Shown: piece after piece, positions 26,261 to 33,635 of the stretch
Numbering within the stretch: position 1 is the stretch's first letter
Layout: every line of letters starts with the position of its first letter
Origin: an uncultured Clostridia bacterium
GTDB taxonomy: Bacteria > Acidobacteriota > Aminicenantia > UBA2199
Assembly: GCA_964573895.1 (NCBI GenBank)
Contig: CAZNLS010000004.1
Location: 1 to 53,146, forward strand
Direction: 5' to 3'
Length of the DNA: 53,146 nucleotides
Program-made: the position numbers and the translations under genes
Notes under the pieces: model-generated
The model's input: the letters and a program-made list of their open reading frames with translations, nothing else
Databases searched by the model: none
Told to the model about the DNA's origin: nothing

Positions 26261-28618
26261 ATGGATAAAGTTACAGAGCTCATTAGAGACTATCCAATCC
26301 TGAAGCTCGTTCTGATAGTTGTTATAGTCGGAGTGATCTTAAAACTGGTATATGAAATACTGAAAATTGTAAAAGTTCTAAACATTCAGGATAAATCTTT
26401 TTTAGATGCGTTTTATTCCATTCTTTTTAAAAAATCTTATATAGCATCTCAGGCAAAAAAAGCCATAAAACAGGGGAACTTTTTAAAAGCAGGGAAAATT
26501 TACGAAGAGATCGGCGATTTTAAAAAAGCAGTTAAGGCATATGAGGACGGGAAGCAATTCAATGATATCGGCGAACTCTATGAAAAACTAAACAAAGAAA
26601 CACTTGCAATTGAAATTTATAAAAAAAGCGGTAATCTTGACGGTCTGGTAAAACTTTATATAAAAAGAAAAAACATTGATGAAGCGGGAAAACTCCTGGA
26701 GAACAGCAGCCGGCACCAGGAAGCAGCTGAACTTTATTATAATCATGGAAAATTTGAAAAGGCAGCACAAATTTACGAAAGGAAGGGATTTTACAAAAAA
26801 GCCGCTGTAATTTACGAGAAATCCGGAGATAAAAAAAAGGCTGCAATGAATTATGAAAAATGGTACAACTCAACTGCAGATACATCGATTGGATACCAGA
26901 GTAATTCACAACTTGACAATGATCTCGACAAGGCCGCTCAAATGTGGACAGAGACCGGTGAGATTGAACGTGCATACGAACTCCTTCTAAAGAATCATAA
27001 GTTCGAAAAAGCTGCCGAACTTGCACTAAAACTCAACAAATTAAAAGAAGCGGCTTCTCTTTTTGAAAAAGCACAGCAGCCAATCAGAGCCGCATCTCTT
27101 TATGAAAATATCGGTGAGGATAAAACTGCATGCCAGTTGAGAGGAGAAGATGCATTTGCACGCGGTAATACATCTGAAGCGGCAGAGTGGTTTCTCAAAG
27201 GCGAAGATTATATAAGAGCAGCAGAATTATTTGAATGGAATAAATTGTTTGATAAGGCTGCACACTGTTATTTTATGAACCAGAACTATCTTTCCGCAGC
27301 TGATAATTACATGAAGCATGGAAATGAAGAAGAGGCAGCAAAAATGTTTGAATTGGGAAAAGAGTGGAAAATGGCTGCCGATATCTCTTTTAAATTCAAA
27401 AAATACCAAAAATCCGGAGAACTCTACGAAAAGTCAGGCGATTTTTACAACTCCGGGGTCTCATTTCTCAGGGTCGATAATGAAAAGAGGGCACTGGCTA
27501 ATTTTCAAAAAGTTCCCATGAATTCGGAAAATTATGAAAAAGCAATAACACAAATGGCAAATATCTTCCTCGCAAACAGGAAGCCCCAGCTTGTAGTTGA
27601 AAAGATCGGAAAAATGCTCCAGGATCAGACCATCAATAAGGAGAATCTCGAATGGTTCTATATATTGGGACAGGCAGAAGAGAATCTCGGAAATTTCAAA
27701 AAAGCATTCGAAATATACCAGGGAATCTTAACAGAAGATTATTCATTCAGGGATGTTCACCAGAAGATTCAGGAAGTCGAAAAACTTATTAAAAAATATA
27801 AAGAAATGGACCTTGTAGCAGATAATTCCACAGGAAGATACAAGATCATAAGGAAAATTGGCGAAGGCGGAATGGGGGTAGTTTTCAAGGCAGAGGATAC
27901 TGTTTTAAAGAGGATTGTTGCCCTGAAAATATTAAATAAAAGTCTGATCAAAGACAAAAGAAACCTTGAAAGATTCTTCACGGAAGCACGTTCGACAGCT
28001 TCACTTTCACATGCAAATATTGTTACGGTCTATGATGTTGGACAGCTTGATGACGATTATTTTATTTCCATGGAGTTTATCGAAGGTGAAAACTTCATGA
28101 CAATTCTAAGGAGAAAAAACAAGTTCACGATTCCCCAGATTCTTTTTGTAACCATAAAAGTATTGAAAGCACTTGATTATTCACACCGGAAGGGAATAAT
28201 CCACAGGGATATCAAACCTCATAATATTATGATAACACGTCAAAAAGAGATTAAAATAATGGATTTCGGTCTTGCAGTAATCAGAGGAGAACAAAAAAAA
28301 GGAGACTCGGGAGTAGTAACCGGAACACCGTATTATATGTCACCCGAACAGATCCAGGGAGTCGGAGCAGATCACAGAACAGATATATATTCAACCGGAG
28401 TAACTATTTTTCACCTTATAACAGGCAGAGTTCCTTTCAAAGGTGAAAATGTCTTTTACCAACATCTCTTTGAACCTGTGCCTCCAATCAAAGATATTGA
28501 ACCGGCTGCTCCCCAGAAACTTGTTGATATAGTTGAAAAATGTATGGAAAAAAAGCGTGAAGACCGATATCAGAGTGCCCAGGACGTATTGAACGCAATA
28601 AAAACAATTAAAATATAG
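26261..28618 (+). CDS. membrane-anchored helical-repeat protein with C-terminal Hanks-type Ser/Thr kinase domain
   Basis: 785 aa. N-terminal TM helix (LKLVLIVVIVGVILKLV), repeat region at residues about 77-410, and a kinase domain from about residue 525 (GEGGMGVVFKA, VALKIL, HRDIKPHN, DFGLA, GTPYYMSPE). Confidence 0.88.
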   Translation: MDKVTELIRDYPILKLVLIVVIVGVILKLVYEILKIVKVLNIQDKSFLDAFYSILFKKSYIASQAKKAIKQGNFLKAGKIYEEIGDFKKAVKAYEDGKQFNDIGELYEKLNKETLAIEIYKKSGNLDGLVKLYIKRKNIDEAGKLLENSSRHQEAAELYYNHGKFEKAAQIYERKGFYKKAAVIYEKSGDKKKAAMNYEKWYNSTADTSIGYQSNSQLDNDLDKAAQMWTETGEIERAYELLLKNHKFEKAAELALKLNKLKEAASLFEKAQQPIRAASLYENIGEDKTACQLRGEDAFARGNTSEAAEWFLKGEDYIRAAELFEWNKLFDKAAHCYFMNQNYLSAADNYMKHGNEEEAAKMFELGKEWKMAADISFKFKKYQKSGELYEKSGDFYNSGVSFLRVDNEKRALANFQKVPMNSENYEKAITQMANIFLANRKPQLVVEKIGKMLQDQTINKENLEWFYILGQAEENLGNFKKAFEIYQGILTEDYSFRDVHQKIQEVEKLIKKYKEMDLVADNSTGRYKIIRKIGEGGMGVVFKAEDTVLKRIVALKILNKSLIKDKRNLERFFTEARSTASLSHANIVTVYDVGQLDDDYFISMEFIEGENFMTILRRKNKFTIPQILFVTIKVLKALDYSHRKGIIHRDIKPHNIMITRQKEIKIMDFGLAVIRGEQKKGDSGVVTGTPYYMSPEQIQGVGADHRTDIYSTGVTIFHLITGRVPFKGENVFYQHLFEPVPPIKDIEPAAPQKLVDIVEKCMEKKREDRYQSAQDVLNAIKTIKI
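26489..27490 (+). repeat. array of about 24 tandem degenerate 13-residue (39-nt) protein repeats inside the kinase gene
   Basis: Consecutive 13-mers read directly from the translation: AGKIYEEIGDFKK, AVKAYEDGKQFND, ..., AAELYYNHGKFEK, AAQIYERKGFYKK, AAVIYEKSGDKKK, .... The consensus is roughly A-A-x-h-Y-E-K-x-G-x-x-x-K. One 18-aa linker and one 17-aa unit interrupt the register. Confidence 0.8.
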
Positions 28619-28630
28619 AGGAGTATTTCA

Positions 28631-29785
28631 ATGGATTTTTCTTTAGATGAAGAATTATTACAGCTAAAAGAACTGACAAATCAGTTTGCGAAAAATGAGA
28701 TGAGGCCTGTCTCCCAGGAGTATGATGAGAAGAATGAGTTTCCTTATGATGTCATGAAAAAAGCATTTGATATCGGGTATCTTACTTCAAATATCCCAAT
28801 GGATCTGGGAGGAATGAATTTTACAAGTCTCCAGAATGCTGTTGTTTGTGAAGAACTGGCCTGGGGATGTGCAGGTATGTATACTTCAATAATGGCCAAT
28901 ACACTCGCAACAACACCTATTGTTTTATTCGGTACGGAAGAGCAGAAGAAGGAATTTCTCGTGCCTCTTACCAAAGAGATGTCGTTTGCCTGTTTCGGAT
29001 TAACAGAAAGAGAGGCCGGATCAGATAACTCGGCAATAAAAACAACTGCCAAAAAAGATGGGGATCACTATATTTTAAACGGATCAAAAACCTTTATAAC
29101 GAACGGGAGTGTTTCAAAAGTAGGTGTTATATTCGCGTCCACCGACAAAGAAAGGGGAGCCAGAGGATTAAGTGCATTTATTATACCGATGGATCTGCCG
29201 GGAGTATCTGTCGGAAAGCATGAAAACAAGATGGGGCACCGTGCATCAAATACTTCCGAGATATACTTCGATGATGTAAAAGTACCCGCAAAAAATCTGC
29301 TTAAGAGGGAAGGATTCGGTTTTATCATAGCAATGAAAACACTTGATTTCGCACGTCCTGCAGTAGGAGCAGGAGGAATAGGCGTAGCAAGGGCTGCGTA
29401 TGAAGAAGCTCTTAATTATGCCCAGGGCCGGGTTCAGTTCGGGAGACCGATTTCTTCATTCCAGTATAACGCTTTCAAGCTTGCGGATATGGCAACTGAA
29501 ATAGATGCGGCAAGACTTCTTGTCTACCGCTCGGCATGGATGCTTGACAATAAAATGAAGGCATCAAAGGAATCAGCTATGGCAAAAGTAGTAGCAACTG
29601 ATGTAGCAATGAAAATAACAACTGATGCTGTTCAGATGATGGGCGGTTACGGATATATGAAAGAATATCCTGTTGAAAAAATGATGAGGGATGCAAAACT
29701 CCTTCAGATCTATGAAGGGACCAATGAAATCCAGAGACATGTTATTTCCCTGGAAATCCTTGGGTCCAAAAAAAATATCAGTTAA
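28631..29785 (+). CDS. acyl-CoA dehydrogenase (short/medium-chain, butyryl-CoA dehydrogenase-like)
   Basis: 384 aa with the ACAD fold: ..GLTE..AGSD.., C-terminal catalytic-base region IYEGTNEIQR. GAGGAG RBS; 12 nt after the kinase stop. Confidence 0.88.
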   Translation: MDFSLDEELLQLKELTNQFAKNEMRPVSQEYDEKNEFPYDVMKKAFDIGYLTSNIPMDLGGMNFTSLQNAVVCEELAWGCAGMYTSIMANTLATTPIVLFGTEEQKKEFLVPLTKEMSFACFGLTEREAGSDNSAIKTTAKKDGDHYILNGSKTFITNGSVSKVGVIFASTDKERGARGLSAFIIPMDLPGVSVGKHENKMGHRASNTSEIYFDDVKVPAKNLLKREGFGFIIAMKTLDFARPAVGAGGIGVARAAYEEALNYAQGRVQFGRPISSFQYNAFKLADMATEIDAARLLVYRSAWMLDNKMKASKESAMAKVVATDVAMKITTDAVQMMGGYGYMKEYPVEKMMRDAKLLQIYEGTNEIQRHVISLEILGSKKNIS

Positions 29786-29786
29786 G

Positions 29787-30917
29787 GTGAAAAAGAGATA
29801 TGATGCCGTGGTTATCGGCGCCGGAATTGTAGGTCTCTCTACTGCTTATTATTTGTCAGGAAGAGGACTCAAAGTCCTTATTGTGGAAAAAAACTATCCT
29901 GCATCAGGTTCTACAGGACGATGCATCGGTGGAATAAGAATGCAATTCTCCACAGAAACCTCGATAAAATTAATGCAGGAGAGCATGTCACTGTTTGAAA
30001 ATATGGAGAAGGAATTTGGTTTTTCAGTCGAATTTTACAAAGGCGGTTACCTTTTTCTTGCTCATTCAGATAAGAAACTTGAGGCTTTTAAATCCGTTTC
30101 AATTCTCCAAAAAGGACTCGGCCTGAATGTTAAAATACTTTCACCTGCAGAATGTGCGGGATTCATACCGGGACTGAATATTACGGGCTTAAAAGGCGGA
30201 GTCTATTCTCCGGACGACGGTCAGGCATATCCTTTTAAAGTCACCAAAGGGTACATATCGGGAATAAGAAATAGAGGCTCGGATTTACTTCTTTATACTG
30301 AAGTAACTGAATTAAATGTAGCCGGAAATGAAGTCAAAGGTATTATATTAGCATCGGGTGAAGAGATTAATTCAGATATAGTAATTAATACAGCCGGTCC
30401 CTATGCAAGAGATATAGGACTCATGGCAGATTTGGATTTGCCAATATATCCAGAAGAACACGAAGCATTAATTACAGACAGGCATGAACATAAATTTGAT
30501 CCAATGCTGGTTGACTACAGGCCTGACGGGTGTTATTTTCAGCAAATGGTTACAGGCCAGATAATAGGCTGTTATACTCCTGTACCGAACAAACCGGGCC
30601 GAGTTACGGAATCATCTTCCGAATTCATTATTGAGATGTCTAAAAGGACATTACGCCTGGTTCCTGATTTCGGCACTCTGAAAGTACTCAGGCACTGGGG
30701 AGGAAGTTATTCCATGACACCTGATGGCAGCCCTATAATTGATCATACACCGCTAAGGGGTTTTTTTGTTGCTGCCGGAATGTCCGGGCACGGTTTTATG
30801 TTCGGTCCGGCTGTAGGGAAATATCTTTCAGATATTATTGTAGATGATAATTATCCCTTTGATTGGACAGAATTTAAACTTGACAGAGATTTTTCAAGAA
30901 AAGAAGTAATGAAGTGA
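29787..30917 (+). CDS. FAD-dependent oxidoreductase, DAO family (sarcosine oxidase beta / glycine oxidase-like)
   Basis: Rossmann motif YDAVVIGAGIVGLSTAYYL near the N-terminus and C-terminal ..AAGMSGHGF... I prefer the GTG at 29787, 1 nt after the ACAD stop, because the ORF-track start at 29691 lies inside the ACAD gene. Confidence 0.75.
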   Translation: MKKRYDAVVIGAGIVGLSTAYYLSGRGLKVLIVEKNYPASGSTGRCIGGIRMQFSTETSIKLMQESMSLFENMEKEFGFSVEFYKGGYLFLAHSDKKLEAFKSVSILQKGLGLNVKILSPAECAGFIPGLNITGLKGGVYSPDDGQAYPFKVTKGYISGIRNRGSDLLLYTEVTELNVAGNEVKGIILASGEEINSDIVINTAGPYARDIGLMADLDLPIYPEEHEALITDRHEHKFDPMLVDYRPDGCYFQQMVTGQIIGCYTPVPNKPGRVTESSSEFIIEMSKRTLRLVPDFGTLKVLRHWGGSYSMTPDGSPIIDHTPLRGFFVAAGMSGHGFMFGPAVGKYLSDIIVDDNYPFDWTEFKLDRDFSRKEVMK

Positions 30918-30921
30918 GACA

Positions 30922-31125
30922 GTGAATTTAAATATTATAATACTGATTATTTGTTCGGTTATCACTATTGAAGGAGCGATCCTCCTCATCTCACCTTCAA
31001 AAATAAAAAAAATGATCAGGGAAATTCTTGAAATCCCGGATGGAACATTGAGACTCTTTGCCGTGATAATGACAATCACAGGATTGATAATAATCTATTT
31101 TTTAAGGGACAGTATATGCAGATAA
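30922..31125 (+). CDS. small two-helix membrane protein, DUF2065-like
   Basis: 67 aa with two hydrophobic helices flanking a charged loop. GTG start; overlaps the hutH start by 10 nt. Confidence 0.5.
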   Translation: MNLNIIILIICSVITIEGAILLISPSKIKKMIREILEIPDGTLRLFAVIMTITGLIIIYFLRDSICR

Positions 31126-32627
31126 AAATCGATGGAAACAGTTTAACACTTGATGCATTTCAATCCGTTGCAGATGGAATTGCAAAGACAGTACTGTCGG
31201 ATAGTGCAAAGAAAAAAATTAATTTTGCCAGAAAAACACTGGAAGAGCTGATAAATACCGGGCAGGCATTCTATGGAGTAAATACCGGGTTCGGAGCACT
31301 TGCTAACAGAAAAATAGAAAAAAGAGATCTGAAAAAACTTCAAAAAAACCTGATAAAAAGCCACACTGCCGGAGTGGGAAACATGCTGCCCGACAATATA
31401 GTCCGGGGAACGATGCTTCTAAGGGCAAACGTACTTGCAAAAGGTTTTTCCGGAGTAAGGATCCAGGTTGTTGAATTCCTTCTTGAAATGCTCAACAGGG
31501 ATATTCTGCCGTTGATCCCATCGAAGGGATCAGTTGGAGCTTCCGGTGATCTTGCTCCGCTGGCACATCTTGCTATCACTCTATTGGGTGAAGGAGAGGT
31601 GAAATATAAAGGGAATGTCTGTCCTGCAAAAGAGGCTCTAAAAAAAAGCGGAATGAAACCTCTTGTTCTTCTTGAGAAAGAGGGTCTTGCTCTTATCAAC
31701 GGAACACAGGTTTTAACTGCGATTGCCGCACTGAATTTGCTTGAAAGTGAACACCTTGTTAAGATAGCAGATATTGCCGGTGCACTTACTTTTGAAGCAC
31801 AGCTTGGGAATCCTTCTCCATTCTTCGAGGATATCCAGCGAGTAAGACCATTCCCGGGACAGAAAACAACAGCATCAAATATAAGGAAACTGATAAAAAA
31901 TTCAAAGCTTTGGGATTCTCATAAAGGAAAAGAAAAGGTCCAGGATGCATATTCCATAAGATGTATTCCTCAGGTTCACGGAGCAGTAAGGGATACTCTT
32001 TCATTTGTGAGAAATACAGTTGAAACCGAAATAAATTCTGCAACCGAGAATCCTATGATCTTTCCTGAAAAAAAAGTGATTTTATCGGGAGGAAATTTTC
32101 ACGGAGCTCCCGTTGCTTTTGCTATGGATTATCTTTCGATTGCAATGACAGAGTTAGGAAATATATCCGAAAGGAGAATCGACAGAGTCATAAATCCCGC
32201 TACAAATATGAATCTTCCTCCCTTCCTTATACGCGATAACGGCCTTAATTCCGGATTTATGATAGCTCATGTGACTGCAACTTCTCTCACTTCTGAAAAC
32301 AGGACACTTGCCCATCCTGCATCTGTTGATAATATTCCAACTTCAGCAAACCAGGAAGATCATGTAAGCATGGGAAATTTTGCTTCAAGAAAAGCAGCCG
32401 AAATTATTGCAAATGTAAAATATATTCTGGCAATTGAGATCCTCTGCTCTCTCCAGGCACTGGATTTTTATGAGCATACACCCGGAGTTGCGCTTGAAAA
32501 ATTCAAAAAAAGGGTCAGGGAAAAAGTACCTTTTCTGTCTGAGGATGACAGGATGGATACACTTTTTGAAGGAGTTGTCGAAATTATAAATGACAGGAAA
32601 TTTATAAAAACTCTGAATTTGTTATAA
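31116..32627 (+). CDS. hutH: histidine ammonia-lyase
   Basis: 503 aa. MIO-forming motif GSVGASGDLAPLAHL, YGVNTGFG, and the S-H pair in LIKSHTAGVG that is characteristic of HAL. Confidence 0.85.
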   Translation: MQIKIDGNSLTLDAFQSVADGIAKTVLSDSAKKKINFARKTLEELINTGQAFYGVNTGFGALANRKIEKRDLKKLQKNLIKSHTAGVGNMLPDNIVRGTMLLRANVLAKGFSGVRIQVVEFLLEMLNRDILPLIPSKGSVGASGDLAPLAHLAITLLGEGEVKYKGNVCPAKEALKKSGMKPLVLLEKEGLALINGTQVLTAIAALNLLESEHLVKIADIAGALTFEAQLGNPSPFFEDIQRVRPFPGQKTTASNIRKLIKNSKLWDSHKGKEKVQDAYSIRCIPQVHGAVRDTLSFVRNTVETEINSATENPMIFPEKKVILSGGNFHGAPVAFAMDYLSIAMTELGNISERRIDRVINPATNMNLPPFLIRDNGLNSGFMIAHVTATSLTSENRTLAHPASVDNIPTSANQEDHVSMGNFASRKAAEIIANVKYILAIEILCSLQALDFYEHTPGVALEKFKKRVREKVPFLSEDDRMDTLFEGVVEIINDRKFIKTLNLL

Positions 32628-32636
32628 TATAATTTA

Positions 32637-32912
32637 ATGTTGAATATAATCAGACTGATTTCAAGGATTGTTTTTTTTGGATTCATTCTATATCTTATCA
32701 TCCGTTATTTTCTAAAAAGAAGAAATTCGCATAGTAAAACATATTCTAAAAGAGCTGTGAAAGCAGAAATGAAAAAAGATCCGGTCTGTGGGTTATATAT
32801 ATCTTCCGCAGATTCAAAAATAGTAAAAAGCGGAGGAGACATTTTCTACTTCTGTTCAGATACATGTAGAGATAAATTTGTCGAGTTAAAAGCTAAAAAC
32901 GGGAAAAAATAA
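32637..32912 (+). CDS. membrane-anchored YHS/TRASH-domain protein
   Basis: 91 aa. N-terminal TM helix followed by DPVCG..YYFCS..C..KF-type motif (DPVCGLYISS...IFYFCSDTCRDKF). Confidence 0.7.
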   Translation: MLNIIRLISRIVFFGFILYLIIRYFLKRRNSHSKTYSKRAVKAEMKKDPVCGLYISSADSKIVKSGGDIFYFCSDTCRDKFVELKAKNGKK

Positions 32913-32937
32913 ATTTTTTACGCATCCGGATTTCAAG

Positions 32938-33489
32938 TCATGTAAACCTGAATTTTTCCATAATAGTGTAAACCGGCCCCGATCTGAAAAGATCACTCTT
33001 GAAAAGAGTAAATGTATCAATTGAAAAATCAGCAATTTTATACAGCCTGTTTTTCTCGATGAATTCATCAATTTTTGGATATTTAAAAATTTTTTTTGTC
33101 CTTCCCAGTGTAAAATGAGGTTTGAAACTTCTCTTCTCCTTCTCCACTCCTTCTATGTATAATATATCTTCGATTTTGTTGAAAAGATTCTCCAGTTCTC
33201 CGTTTCTTTCTACTTCAGCATAAACCACCCTGATATTTCCGTTTCTTTTGAAAGTTCCCAATCCGGATATACTCAGATTTAATTTTTTATGTTGTTTAAG
33301 TTTCGAAAGTGAGAAAATAATCCTGTCAGCGGTTTTCCGGTCAACATCCCCAATGAACTTAATAGTCATGTGAATATTTTCACGCATTATCCATTTAACA
33401 GGAACCGGGAAGTTTTGTAACCGGGCAACTATTTCAGCCAGTGCATTAATAGCATTTTCCCCGGGTTTAATGCCGATAAACAATCTCAT
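32938..33489 (-). CDS. thpR: RNA 2',3'-cyclic phosphodiesterase (2H phosphoesterase, LigT/ThpR)
   Basis: 183 aa with two HxT/S motifs (HMTIKF and HFTLGR) at the expected spacing. Confidence 0.82.
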   Translation of the reverse strand: MRLFIGIKPGENAINALAEIVARLQNFPVPVKWIMRENIHMTIKFIGDVDRKTADRIIFSLSKLKQHKKLNLSISGLGTFKRNGNIRVVYAEVERNGELENLFNKIEDILYIEGVEKEKRSFKPHFTLGRTKKIFKYPKIDEFIEKNRLYKIADFSIDTFTLFKSDLFRSGPVYTIMEKFRFT

Positions 33490-33560
33490 GACATATTATT
33501 GTATCACTTTGGTCAAAGGAATTTTACAGCTGTAAAAATTTATTTTTAAACTGTTTTTAT

Positions 33561-33588
33561 TTTACTTTCCCGGTCATTTTTGTATAAT
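33561..33588 (+). promoter_or_regulatory. weak candidate promoter for the second ammonia-lyase gene
   Basis: TTTACT (33561-33566), 16-nt spacer, TATAAT (33583-33588). About 45 nt upstream of the AGGAGG RBS and the ATG at 33636. Confidence 0.35.
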
Positions 33589-33635
33589 AATTTTTAATTC
33601 AATAAATTAATTCAACATCTTAACAGGAGGCGCAG

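Noticed and set aside
29691-29786. N-terminal extension of the FAD oxidoreductase ORF, and similarly 20766-20834 for the asparaginase and 13898-13951 for the serine hydrolase.
   Set aside because: The extensions overlap the upstream gene or lack signal-peptide logic. In each case an internal start places the conserved N-terminal motif (Rossmann fold, TGGTIG, signal peptide plus AGGAGG RBS) where expected.
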